Below are positions 1 to 9,648 of a stretch of 64,000 bases of DNA, piece by piece. How positions within the stretch are numbered: the first letter of the stretch is position 1; every line of letters begins with the position of its first letter. The stretch spans positions 32,001-96,000 of the forward strand of contig CBDBOV010000001.1 in NCBI GenBank assembly GCA_965208575.1, in the 5' to 3' direction. Origin of the DNA: Spirochaetia bacterium. Its GTDB lineage: Bacteria; Spirochaetota; Spirochaetia; SZUA-6; Bin103. A model generated the notes under the pieces. That model saw nothing but the letters and a program-made list of their open reading frames with translations, was not told where the DNA came from and ran no database searches. Position numbers and translations under genes: made by a program.

Positions 1-567
1 GGCGCCGGCCAGGTCCAGGTCCAGGTCGCCGTCCAGGTCGGCCCACGCCATGGCGTAGATCGGCATCGGCGGCGGCCACAGCGGGTGCGGGCGCTCGAAC
101 CCGCGCGCCGGTCCGCTGCCCCGCCACAGCGCCGGCCCGGCCCCGGAGCGGGTGAACGCCAGGTCGTGGTGGCCGTCGCCCTCGATGTCCACGGCCACCA
201 CCGCGCGGGTGCCGGTCTCGGCCAGCTCCACGCGCTCGAAGCGCAGCCCGCCGCGGTTCCACAGCAGCGTCGCCGGCGCGCGCAGCCCGGCCAGCACGAC
301 GTCGATCAGCCGGTCGCCGTCCAGGTCGGCCAGCGCCACGCCGGCGCCGTTGGTGTCGTAGGCGCGTGCCGGCCGGTCGGCGGCGCGCGTGGTGTGGGGC
401 AGCGGGTGGCGCACGAACTGCCCCGTGCAGGCGGCGGCGGTCCGCAGCGGCTCCTGCCGCACCTGGGCCACGACCTCCTCCGCCCACGCCTGAGGCGCCG
501 CCAGCGCAGCGAGTACCGGGAACAGAAGAAGGAAGCGGAGTGCCGTAAGCCCCCGGCTTAGCGACAA
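1..567 (-). CDS. FG-GAP/VCBS repeat (CRTAC1-like) secreted protein, 3' end runs off the window
   Basis: Not in the ORF track. The minus-strand frame from TTG at 567 reads MSLSRGLTALRFLLLFPVLAALAAPQAWAEE (signal peptide), then GAGVALADLDGDRLIDVV, VDIEGDGHHDL and AWADLDGDLDLDL, which are DxDGDG-type FG-GAP repeats. Confidence 0.8.
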   Translation of the reverse strand, partial: MSLSRGLTALRFLLLFPVLAALAAPQAWAEEVVAQVRQEPLRTAAACTGQFVRHPLPHTTRAADRPARAYDTNGAGVALADLDGDRLIDVVLAGLRAPATLLWNRGGLRFERVELAETGTRAVVAVDIEGDGHHDLAFTRSGAGPALWRGSGPARGFERPHPLWPPPMPIYAMAWADLDGDLDLDLAGA

Positions 568-708
568 TCCGACTTCGCGGACGAGCGGTGCGCCTGCCGG
601 GAGTCCGGCGGATCGGCGCACCTGCGGCAGACCCGCCGCACGAGGCCGAGCTTGGCAATCAGGCGGCGCCTCGCGCGCGGCTGTCCGCATTGCACTCGCC
701 TGCGCGAA

Positions 709-891
709 GTGGCCGCGCCACCGGGTCCGGGCAAGGCGGCCAGCCGGAGGCGCCTGAGTTGCGGGGCGCATGGCCTCCGGCGTTTGCGAGTGGCCTCGCC
801 ACCGCATCCGGGCAAGGCGGCCAACCGGAGGCGCCTGAGCTTCGGAGTTCGTAGCCTCCGGCGGCGGGTGGCCGCGCCTACCGGGCCGGGC
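709..891. repeat. Intergenic tandem repeat, ~80 bp unit, about 2.3 copies, with internal inverted repeat
   Basis: Units begin GTGGCC(G/T)CGCC at 709, 790 and 868. The first two share CCGGGCAAGGCGGCCA-CCGGAGGCGCCTGAG...GCCTCCGGCG. Confidence 0.75.
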
Positions 892-1070
892 GTGCCGGCT
901 GGCGCACGAGGTTTTGGCGTCGTTCTGCATCGCCTGCCGCACTACGGCGCGCCGGTGACCGCCCGGTGGGCCGGCGCTCCCCCCGGCTACCGCCCCAACA
1001 CCGCCGCCCGACGCTCGGCAGCCGGGCGCCGCGCCGCTCCCGGTGGGACGCCGGGCTCCACCACGGGCTG

Positions 1071-1970
1071 CTAGCGCTCGGTGCTGCCGCGCAGGCGCGG
1101 GTCGAGCAGGTCGCGCAGGGCATCGCCAAGCATGTTCAGGCTGTACACGATCACGGTCAGGCAGACGCCGGGCCAGAACGCCAGCCACGGCGCCGACTCC
1201 ATGTACAGCAGCCCCTCCTGGCTCAGCATGCCGCCCCAGTCCGGCATGCCGGACGGCAGGCCGTAGCCCAGGAAGCTCAGCGCCGCGGCCGACAGGATGT
1301 TGCCGCCCACGCTGATCGAGAACACGATGATCATCGGCGCCATGATGTTGGGCACCACGTGGCGCATCAGCGTCCAGCCGGTGCTCGTGCCGATGGCGCG
1401 CGCCGCCTGGAAGTAGTCGTTCTCCTTGATCGCAATCACCGCGCTGCGCGGCACCCGTGAGCCTTCCACGCCGCCCGCCACGCCCAGCACCACGATCATC
1501 TGCAGCAGGCCCTTGCCGGTCAGCGACATGATGGTCAGCAGCAGCAGCAGCCCCGGGAACGCGATCCAGGCATCGACCACCCGCTGCACCGCGATGTCCA
1601 CCTTGCCGCCGATGAATCCCGAGCCGCCCCCCACCAGAATCGCCACCAGCACGTTGATCACGGTGGCGGACAGCCCCACCAGCAGCGAGATGCGCGCGCC
1701 GTAGATCAGCCGGGTCAACAGGTCGCGCCCCACCTGGTCGGTGCCCAGCAGGTGGGCCGCCGACGAACCCTGCAGCCGATTGATCACGTTCAACTCGTCG
1801 GGCGGGTAGGGGGCGATCGCGTCGGCGAAGATCGCCGACAGGACGAACAGCAGCACCACGCCCGCGCAGGCGGTGCCGAGTGGCTTGGTCTTGACCATCT
1901 TGACCGCGAAATCGATCACGCCGGAGCGCCGCCTCACTTCCTGTTGCGCCTCGGTCGCCACTTCGCTCAT
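1071..1970 (-). CDS. Peptide/nickel ABC transporter permease (DppC/OppC family)
   Basis: HLLGTDQVGRD..RLIYGARISL, EAA-type loop (DYFQAARAIG) and C-terminal NMLGDALRDLLDPR. Confidence 0.93.
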   Translation of the reverse strand: MSEVATEAQQEVRRRSGVIDFAVKMVKTKPLGTACAGVVLLFVLSAIFADAIAPYPPDELNVINRLQGSSAAHLLGTDQVGRDLLTRLIYGARISLLVGLSATVINVLVAILVGGGSGFIGGKVDIAVQRVVDAWIAFPGLLLLLTIMSLTGKGLLQMIVVLGVAGGVEGSRVPRSAVIAIKENDYFQAARAIGTSTGWTLMRHVVPNIMAPMIIVFSISVGGNILSAAALSFLGYGLPSGMPDWGGMLSQEGLLYMESAPWLAFWPGVCLTVIVYSLNMLGDALRDLLDPRLRGSTER

Positions 1971-1983
1971 CGCTGCCGCTCTC

Positions 1984-2946
1984 CTACCGGTACCTGATCC
2001 TGGGATCCAGGGAGGCGTATACCAGGTCGATCAACAGGTTGTTGGCTATCACCACGCTGCCGAACATCAGGTTCACCCCCTGCACCACCGGGTAGTCGCG
2101 CTCCTGCAGGGCGAGCACCATCAGCCGGCCCAGCCCCGGCAGGTTGAAGATGTTTTCGATGATCACCGAGCCGCCGACCAGGATCGGAAGCTGCATGCCG
2201 ATGATGGTCACTATCGGGATCATGCCGTTCTTGATCGCGTGGCGCACCACCACCACCCGCTCGCGCAGCCCCTTGGACCAGGCGGTGCGGATGTAGTCCT
2301 GGCGCAGCACCTCCAGCATCATGGTGCGCGTCATCCGCATCAGGCCCGCGGCGCTGCCGGTGCCCAGAATCAGGCTCGGGATCAGGAACATCGCCAGGTT
2401 GCCCGGCGGGTTGTCGATGAACCGCACCAGCCGCAGCGGCGGCGACCAGCCCCACCAGATGGCGGGGTAGACCATCACCATGATGCCGAGCCAGAAGTTC
2501 GGCGTGGCCAGCCCGATGATCGCCGCCGAGCGGCCGGCGTAGTCGGCCACCCCGTCGCGGCGCACCGCGGAGTAGATCCCCACCGGCAGCGCGATCGTCC
2601 AGCCGATCAGGATGGCCAGCAGGCCGAGTTCCAGCGTCACCGGCAGCCGTCCCAGGATGCGCTGCTCGATGGTGAACTCGTGCATCAGCGACTCGCCGAA
2701 CGTGCCGCGCACCAGTATGCCGGCGATCCAGTCGGCGTACTGCACGTAGATCGGCCGGTCCAGCCCCAGGACGCGCTCGAACGCCTCGCGGTCCATGTCG
2801 AGCAGGGCGCCCGACAGCATCATCTGCTGCATCATCATGTCGATCACGTCGCCGGGAATGAAGCGCACGGACATGAACACCAGGACCGAGAGAATGAACA
2901 GGGTGGGAATCATGAGCAGTATGCGCCGGATCACGTATGCCCGCAT
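1984..2946 (-). CDS. Peptide/nickel ABC transporter permease (DppB/OppB family)
   Basis: MRAYVIRRILLMIPTL, DYIRTAWSKGL, ENIFNLPGLGRL, RDYPVVQG, LDPRIRY. Confidence 0.93.
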   Translation of the reverse strand: MRAYVIRRILLMIPTLFILSVLVFMSVRFIPGDVIDMMMQQMMLSGALLDMDREAFERVLGLDRPIYVQYADWIAGILVRGTFGESLMHEFTIEQRILGRLPVTLELGLLAILIGWTIALPVGIYSAVRRDGVADYAGRSAAIIGLATPNFWLGIMVMVYPAIWWGWSPPLRLVRFIDNPPGNLAMFLIPSLILGTGSAAGLMRMTRTMMLEVLRQDYIRTAWSKGLRERVVVVRHAIKNGMIPIVTIIGMQLPILVGGSVIIENIFNLPGLGRLMVLALQERDYPVVQGVNLMFGSVVIANNLLIDLVYASLDPRIRYR

Positions 2947-2974
2947 GTCACCATCCCCATCCTGACAACGCAGT

Positions 2975-3013
2975 AAAGAAAAGTGGGATGACGGAACGCC
3001 GCCGCCATCCCAC
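2975..3013 (-). terminator. Intrinsic terminator/attenuating hairpin between the binding-protein and permease genes
   Basis: Minus strand reads GTGGGATGGCGG-loop-CCGTCATCCCAC followed by TTTTCTTT. Confidence 0.75.
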
Positions 3014-3041
3014 CGTCAGCACCAGTCGACAGAGCTTCCGT

Positions 3042-4853
3042 TTAGAAGCCCAGTTCCTTCTTCAGATCCTGGTCGAGCCACATGCGCGAGAACAGCAGCG
3101 CGCGGTCCATGTCGCCCGCCTCGCTCTCGCCGTTGAAGCCCTTCACCCACGGCCAGTGGGCGCTGAAGGCCGGTACGCGTGCGCCCCAGATCAACCAGTG
3201 CCCGTCGACCAGGAACTGCGCGGCCTTGCGCGCCAGCCGTTGGCGCTCCTCCAGCGTGGTGGCGGCCTGCACCTCTTCCACCATGGCGTCGTACACCGGG
3301 TCGGCGTGGCCGGCTGGATTCCAGGCGCCGGGATTCGTGGTCCAGTGCAGCAGTTGCCCGATCGGGTTCCACTCGTAGCCGGAGATGCCGGAACGGATGT
3401 CGTATTCCAGGGCGGTGGTGCGCTGGCCCATTTCGGCGCCGTCCGGCACCACTATGGTCACGTCGATGCCCACCTTGCGCCAGCCGTCGGCGATCAGTTC
3501 CTTCCAGCCGCGATCGTCGCTGGCGCCGATCATGAACTCCAGCTTGAACCGGGTGCCGTCGTCCCCGCGCGGCAGGCCGGCCGCGTCGAGCAGCGCCTCG
3601 GCGCCCTCCGGATCGTAGGAGTAGTAGCCCTTGATCTCGTCGGGCCAGTCGTCCCAGGTGCTCGCATAGCCGGTCAGGCCGTCGCCGAGCCAGCCCTGCG
3701 GCCTGAGGCTGGCGTAGCCCTTGAAATAGGTCTCGCCCCAGCCCTCGATGTCCAACGCCATCTGCAGCGCGTGGCGCACCCGCACGTCGTCGAACGGCGG
3801 CCGGTTGACGTTGATAATCGGCGAAGTCTCCGATCGGTAGGAGTAGGGCTGCAGCACGATGTCGGGGTTGGATTTCTTGATGCTTTCCACCAGGTCGATA
3901 CCGTTGATCTGCGAGCTGCCGGAGTAGCCGATGAAGTCGACCTTGCCCGAGCGCAGCGCCGCCACGCGGGTCTGCGGCTCCGGCATCACCAGGGCGACCA
4001 ACTCGTCCACGTAGGGAAGCTGGTTGTCCGGGAAGCGCTCATCGTGCTTCCAGTAGTTGGGGGCCTTGTTGAAGGTCACCGAGCTTGCCTCCACCCAGTC
4101 GACCAGCTCGAACGGCCCGGTGCCGACCAGGTTGCGCCAGTCGGCCACGTCGCCGTGCTCCATGATCACCTCGGGCGGGTAGATGAAGGCGATGTTCTGG
4201 ATCAGCAGGGTCTTGACGATGTCCAGATTGGGCGCATCCAGCGTGAAGATCACCTGGTTGCCGTCGGCGGAAACCGCCGTGATGCCGCCCTTGGTGAGCG
4301 GCGGAGCCACCCCGGCCACGCCCTCCGGCACCTCCGTGAAGCCGCTGCCGAGGCCAAGGTAACGGTGGAAGTTGAACACCACGTCCTCCGCGGTCAGCTC
4401 GCGGCCGTTCATCGGCGCCTTGTCGTGCCAGTGCACGCCGGAGCGGATGTTGAACACCACCGTGGTGGAATCGGGCTGCTCCCAGCTCTCCGCCAGCCGG
4501 CCCACCACGATGTCGTCGGGCAGGTAGTTGGTGCGGAAGTCGAAGTAGTTGCGGTCCACCCCCATGTTGGCCATGCCCAGCTTCTCCACCACGAGCGCCG
4601 CGACCATCGCCGGCGGGTGGCGGTAGAAGGTATCGGGGTTGGGCGGATCGTTGCGCAGGGCGTAGGTGAGGGTGCCGCCATACTCGGGGGCGGTAACCAT
4701 CGCCCCGGTGGTGGGATCGAGCACCATCTCCTTCTCCATGCCGGCGGCCTCCTCCGCCTCCGCGGCGGCCCACGCCATGCCCGCGGCCAGCGCCAGCACG
4801 GCCAGCACCACGAGCAGCCTGCTCGAGGCAAATGCGATTGTCTTCACATTCAT
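3042..4853 (-). CDS. ABC transporter substrate-binding protein (family 5, DppA-like)
   Basis: Signal peptide, APEYGGTL, LAESWE, GRELTAEDVVF, VGTGPF, PPFDDVRVRHAL. ATG at 4853 follows AAAGGAG. Confidence 0.92.
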   Translation of the reverse strand: MNVKTIAFASSRLLVVLAVLALAAGMAWAAAEAEEAAGMEKEMVLDPTTGAMVTAPEYGGTLTYALRNDPPNPDTFYRHPPAMVAALVVEKLGMANMGVDRNYFDFRTNYLPDDIVVGRLAESWEQPDSTTVVFNIRSGVHWHDKAPMNGRELTAEDVVFNFHRYLGLGSGFTEVPEGVAGVAPPLTKGGITAVSADGNQVIFTLDAPNLDIVKTLLIQNIAFIYPPEVIMEHGDVADWRNLVGTGPFELVDWVEASSVTFNKAPNYWKHDERFPDNQLPYVDELVALVMPEPQTRVAALRSGKVDFIGYSGSSQINGIDLVESIKKSNPDIVLQPYSYRSETSPIINVNRPPFDDVRVRHALQMALDIEGWGETYFKGYASLRPQGWLGDGLTGYASTWDDWPDEIKGYYSYDPEGAEALLDAAGLPRGDDGTRFKLEFMIGASDDRGWKELIADGWRKVGIDVTIVVPDGAEMGQRTTALEYDIRSGISGYEWNPIGQLLHWTTNPGAWNPAGHADPVYDAMVEEVQAATTLEERQRLARKAAQFLVDGHWLIWGARVPAFSAHWPWVKGFNGESEAGDMDRALLFSRMWLDQDLKKELGF

Positions 4854-5015
4854 CTCCTTTGCGAGAGGACGAGAAAGGGTCACCGGCCCGCCCTCCTCTC
4901 CGACGGTTCAGGGGCAGCGACGTGCAGTGCGGTGCTCCGGTGCATTCCCTTGCCGGTGTAATCCTCTCGGTGCTGAGTCGGTGAAGGGCGCGTGCCGGAC
5001 AGCGGCACAATCGTC

Positions 5016-5043
5016 ATTATAGCCCAGGGGGCGGGAGCGTCAA
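5016..5043 (-). promoter_or_regulatory. Sigma70-type promoter of the ABC transporter operon
   Basis: TTGACG-N16-TATAAT on the minus strand, ~160 nt upstream of the ATG. Confidence 0.7.
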
Positions 5044-5373
5044 GCTTGCGATTCTTGCGACTCCGTCAGCAACACTCCCACCGGCCCTTGGGCCGCCACA
5101 GTCATGGAACAGCGAGGCAGCCCGTGGCCAAACCCCGGCTGCATTGAATGCGGCGCTGCATCCCGGCTGGCCGCGTTGCTCCTCGCTCACCCATCGCCCC
5201 GAAACCGCCGTCCAATGGACGCCGCGCCGCTCTCGTTGCGACGCCGGGTTCCACTACGGGCTGCTCGTCCCCGGGAGCACTCCCGCCGGCACTGCTCAAA
5301 CCGGCGCCGCGGCGCGCCGATACTGGTACGTGAGCCTGTGCGGTGACTCCGTGACAAGGAAGACGACGAAACC

Positions 5374-5800
5374 GATGCCCAAGCATAGCCCGCCGGCCGG
5401 CTTTTTCGGACCAGGGATGCGGGAATCAACCACGCCGACGGTCCGGGTACCGGCCAAACTGGCCCAGCGGGCGCTGCTGCGCGCTCGACAGGAGGTGGAC
5501 CCGGGCTGCCAACTGCTGATGACCGGCGCCACCGGCATGGTCGCACTGGTGCTGCCGGACCGGCTGCTCGACCGGCCGGAAACGCCCGAACTGGAGCTTC
5601 GCCTTGCCGCCATCGTCCGCCATCTGAGCTTGCGCGGGCACGTCACCGAAGCCGGCGAACTGCTTGCCGACGCGGCCCGCCGCGCGATCGGCGGGTCGCT
5701 CGCCTCCCGAACCGTCCGGAGAGTCGAGCCGGGACTGTCGCCCCGCGCGCGGCCGCGCCGCGCCGGGAACGTAGCCCCTCTCCGCGCCGCTCTGCGCTAG
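5374..5800 (+). CDS. Hypothetical protein (start uncertain)
   Basis: The 3' part of ORF 5144..5800 has protein-like composition (PTVRVPAKLAQRALLRARQEVDPGCQLLMTG...). No family recognised. Confidence 0.4.
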
Positions 5801-6081
5801 CCCCCATCCCCGGCACGCGCCCGCCTCGCGACCGGTCAGATCGTCGTGACCAACCCGGCCTCCCGGGTGCTGCGGTCGTCGGTCAGAGCAGCGCCGCGCC
5901 GTGCACGTGACCGCTCGCCACGACGATCCCATCGGCGGGACCGCGGTGCGACGAGTCGGGCAGGGCCGCCACCCCGGCGGCAGTGGATGGAGGCGGCAGT
6001 AGATGGCGACAGCTCCACGACTTCAGACCCGCGCAATGACTTCGAACCCTTGAACCGGATAAAAGCTTGACGCCTATCGAC

Positions 6082-7521
6082 TTACACGATCTTGCTAGAT
6101 TTCAACTGTAGCTCATCTACAGAGCAGCACAGGTACTCGGCTGCCGATTCGGCGGAGATCACCCCCTTCCGGAATGCTCTAACCACCAACCTGGCAAAAC
6201 GTCCGCGTCGAGTGATGGGTGTACTCGATATCGGAAAGAAGTCCACCGCGAAATTCTCGACTCCCCTCCAGTCATCTCCATTGTCGGCAGGGACATCCCA
6301 TGGAGGATCTTCTTTCTGATGGCTTGCATTCACGACATGATACGATGCGGCCGTAACGCTGATACCATACTTGGAAACAACCCGGCTCACATCCTCCGGG
6401 GTAAATGGCGGTTGCGCCATGTCTCGCACGTTCTCAATCGGTGCGAGGAAGCTTATCGCGAAGGAATTCGCTCGCTGCTCGATGCGGTAGCCCTTGATGT
6501 CAGCAACAGCTAAGGCGTGTCTTGGATCAGAGGCAAGCCCGTCATAAGTATCGACTTGAACCTTATTCAGGTATTCCTCTGGATCGTACAATAGATGTGC
6601 TATTTCGTGGGCGATAGTTGCTCGCCTTACCAAAGGGTTCTCGTTCCCACCCATGAGATTCAAGACTATGCCCCGCCTCGTCTCATTACCGTCTGTCACC
6701 GAAATCGTAGCCCCTGCGATAGACTTCTGGGCAAGCTCAACATGGATAACTGGGATGCACAACGTGTCCTCCACCAGCTCCCGCATGGAATTCACCGGGG
6801 CAGATCCGAGTTCTAGGATCTGTCGCGCTCTTTCGGAAAGCTCCTGTCCCACTCGCCATGCTGGATTATTGATGTGCCCGTAGTAACCGTCGGGCTCGAA
6901 CTCACGACGTTGTGAAGAACTGATTCCAAGACTCCTCATCAGCCGGTGTTGCACTCGGATTACCGATGCCGCTTCCGCGAACGACAATACCGACGTTGGG
7001 CTCAACGCTGTGTCCTCGTTATCCGATCGCATTTCTCTTAGTCTCGCACCAATTGCGGTGTCTACGGCGAATTCCTGATATGCGATCTGTGCTTCGTCTA
7101 GCCCGAGCTTGAACGCCACTCGTTCGATTTCCTGAACCGTCACCTGGTCACCGCCTGACGAGCATTCGATCTCCTCTATAGTTCCGAGTTCCAACCCTGC
7201 GAAGCGCGCCAGCTGTTTTCTCGTAAGCCCCATCGACTCTCGCTGCCTACTGATTGCGTTACCGGCGGCGTTGGGCTCTTTCAGAAGAAGGGCGGTCCCG
7301 TCAATTACGGCCTCTTCCAGGACATCGAAACCATAATTCGCCAATGCCTCTCGCGCGCTGATCACATGTCCTTGGGGTGTGCCTTCGTACGTGCCAGCAC
7401 GACTCAGCTGTGCACGTCCTCGTACAAACTCTACGTTTGATCTCTGGCAAGCTTCTTCGGGCGTCAAGCCGTCTGTCGCACCAAATACTCTCTCAAGTCG
7501 TTTTTTCGTGTCCATGCTCAT
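6082..7521 (-). CDS. XRE-HTH + ImmA/IrrE-family Zn metallopeptidase (COG2856-like)
   Basis: HTH (RQRESMGLTRKQLARFAGL..IEEIE), RRATIAHEIAH (HEXXH), EQRANSFAISFLAP and C-terminal ISAESAAEYL. Lower GC than the flanks. Confidence 0.88.
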   Translation of the reverse strand: MSMDTKKRLERVFGATDGLTPEEACQRSNVEFVRGRAQLSRAGTYEGTPQGHVISAREALANYGFDVLEEAVIDGTALLLKEPNAAGNAISRQRESMGLTRKQLARFAGLELGTIEEIECSSGGDQVTVQEIERVAFKLGLDEAQIAYQEFAVDTAIGARLREMRSDNEDTALSPTSVLSFAEAASVIRVQHRLMRSLGISSSQRREFEPDGYYGHINNPAWRVGQELSERARQILELGSAPVNSMRELVEDTLCIPVIHVELAQKSIAGATISVTDGNETRRGIVLNLMGGNENPLVRRATIAHEIAHLLYDPEEYLNKVQVDTYDGLASDPRHALAVADIKGYRIEQRANSFAISFLAPIENVRDMAQPPFTPEDVSRVVSKYGISVTAASYHVVNASHQKEDPPWDVPADNGDDWRGVENFAVDFFPISSTPITRRGRFARLVVRAFRKGVISAESAAEYLCCSVDELQLKSSKIV

Positions 7522-8006
7522 GTCGAATAGATCTTTGGCTGTCCGTCTTTCCAGCCCAACGAGGATACGGTATATCCATAATCCTCGAATACAGTTACAG
7601 CGTCCGAAAGCTGTTGCTCATTGCGGGGACCGTATCTACCCGACTTTCCGGACAGAACCAACGATGACTCAGTCTGGAACCATAGTTCGCCCCCTACCGA
7701 AGCCGGCTTTCCTCCCGTCAGGTTCGTGTGCTTTGGCAATTTCCCTCCGAGCTCAGGCAGCGCACATTCCAGGATGTACGGAATACGACACAAGTCGATT
7801 ATCCATAGGTATAGGTGCGTGGTGAGATCATTGCGGTATTTCGGTGGCAATCCGCCAATCATGACGCCTTTGGCCGGTGCCGGCGGCAGAGGAGACAAAT
7901 CCGGTAGCGGTATCCACTCATGTGCCTCATAGTAAGTTACATCATTCGGCGGTCGACGTGGATACCTGCAGCAAAACTCAGCGCACGTCATCAAAGCGTC
8001 CCGCAC
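7518..8006 (-). CDS. Hypothetical protein, putative toxin-like domain
   Basis: 162 aa. Its stop overlaps the next start (ATGA at 7518-7521). Motif KHTNLTGG.PA..GGELWF...SGKSGRYGP. Confidence 0.7.
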   Translation of the reverse strand: MRDALMTCAEFCCRYPRRPPNDVTYYEAHEWIPLPDLSPLPPAPAKGVMIGGLPPKYRNDLTTHLYLWIIDLCRIPYILECALPELGGKLPKHTNLTGGKPASVGGELWFQTESSLVLSGKSGRYGPRNEQQLSDAVTVFEDYGYTVSSLGWKDGQPKIYST

Positions 8007-8317
8007 ACCTCATGGAGGACTCGACCGAGTCTTCGAAAGGGATCTCAATAGGTGACTACCTCCTCTCACTTTGCAATCGCTATCGCCGGTCGGCCGCTCT
8101 CGCCGAATACTAACTCGCCGCGGGCCACCTCTTCGCGCTGAGGAAGCATAGCACGGAGTGGCCCTCGGAAGTTCTTTGCACACGTCAGAAGCGTCAGCCG
8201 GTAGTGACCACCTCGGCGTGAAGGATCTCCTGCAGACTGATCGATTCGACCACTATGGACGAGCCGCGCTCGCCAACCCGACCCAACGAACGAGGATGTG
8301 CGTGCCGAGGCACGCCT

Positions 8318-8580
8318 TAGAGTCTGCCCGGCCTCGGCTTCCCACGCGGCCGGCGGCAGCACCGACGACTCGATATCGCCAAGCTCGCGGACGGTGCCCC
8401 GCAGATCATCCTGTGGGTACCGCTGTTCCGGCAATAGCGGCGGAGCGAGTTGGGCCACCGCTCGGCCCCGCTTCAGAATCGTGGTCGGCTCCGGGGCGAG
8501 TCCACCTGATCAAGCAGCACCAAGTATGGGCCTTGAAACTCCGATGCGTTGATGGTCTCCACGATGTGATCAGGATACAT
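8318..8580 (-). pseudogene. Frameshifted Phd/YefM-family antitoxin remnant
   Basis: One frame gives VETINASEF..LVLLDQV. Another continues TILKRGRAVAQLAPP...RYPQDDLRGTVRELGDIESSVLPPAAWEAE. Together they match the Phd/YefM pattern. Confidence 0.65.
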
Positions 8581-8666
8581 AACCAGTCTTTAGGGGTCAA
8601 ACCGCTCGCTGATGCACCGATGCCCTGATGCACGGCGTTCCGCGGAACGCCGCTGCGACGGCACGA

Positions 8667-9422
8667 TCACTCTTTACCGGCAGCCTCTCCCGACCCGTTC
8701 TCGGGGTGCTCCGTGGGGTGGGTGCCCGTCAGCTTGGCGATGGCGTCGGCGACCGAGCGCTTGGTCGCGGGACGGGTGGGGCCGGTCGCGCGGTAGTCGA
8801 ACTTGCCGGTGAAGGCGAGCAGTTCTCCCGCCAGGCGGTCCCAGGCGCGCCCCTGCACCTCCGCCGTCTCTGCCACGAACGCCGCCAGCCGCGCGCCCGG
8901 AAGCGTGTCCCGCGCCATCGCCAGCGCGCCCTTCAGATGATCCAGGCAGAACCCCTTGGAGGCCAGGAACTCGGCGCGGAAATCCGCGTCCGTCCGCCAC
9001 AGGTGTACGATGGTATAGGCGTAGCGCAGAAATCGGTCGTGCAGCCGGTCGCAGATCAGGCAGCGGTCGAGTTGTTCGTCCACCAGGGCCGCCAGGCGGG
9101 CGAGTTCCTTCTTCAGCGCGCCGCCGCTCTTGCCGGCGGACAGGTGGCGCTCGAGCTTGCGGCGCAGCTCACCAAGGTGGGTGTGGGTGATCAGGGCAAG
9201 GCCAAGCCGGTTGCCGCCGTCGAGCAGCATCGGGAAGTGCGTGCGGCAGAAGCCGGCGTCGTTCACCTGCACGCGCATCTCCGGCACCATCACCGAGTGG
9301 CCCACGTAGAAGCGCACGAACTCCGCCTCCGCGCGCCGCAGCAGCAGGCACAACGGGCACTCGCTCCCGGCCCGGTACGCATCCCACACCGGGATCGTCT
9401 CCAGTTCGTACTTGATCGCCAC
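8667..9422 (-). CDS. DUF6062-family protein
   Basis: IPVWDAY...ECPLC...GFCRTH and a second CLIC...GFCLDH unit, ending KFDYR. Confidence 0.8.
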   Translation of the reverse strand: MAIKYELETIPVWDAYRAGSECPLCLLLRRAEAEFVRFYVGHSVMVPEMRVQVNDAGFCRTHFPMLLDGGNRLGLALITHTHLGELRRKLERHLSAGKSGGALKKELARLAALVDEQLDRCLICDRLHDRFLRYAYTIVHLWRTDADFRAEFLASKGFCLDHLKGALAMARDTLPGARLAAFVAETAEVQGRAWDRLAGELLAFTGKFDYRATGPTRPATKRSVADAIAKLTGTHPTEHPENGSGEAAGKE

Positions 9423-9648
9423 TGCTATCGGCTGGCGCGCTCGACTCCGCCGCCGGGAACGGTGGCAGCGGCAATCGGTGTGCGGTTCCTCAGGTGCGCG
9501 GGCACTGCGCCGGCGCGACCGTGCGTCGTGGTCGCCCGTCTCCCGCAGTGCCGAGTGTCGCTCCGGCCGGGCACGTTCCGTCCTTGCCGCCGGCGCAGTT
9601 GCGCGCAGGGGTACGCCAACGGCGGTCCCGTTGACCGGCTCGGTACGG

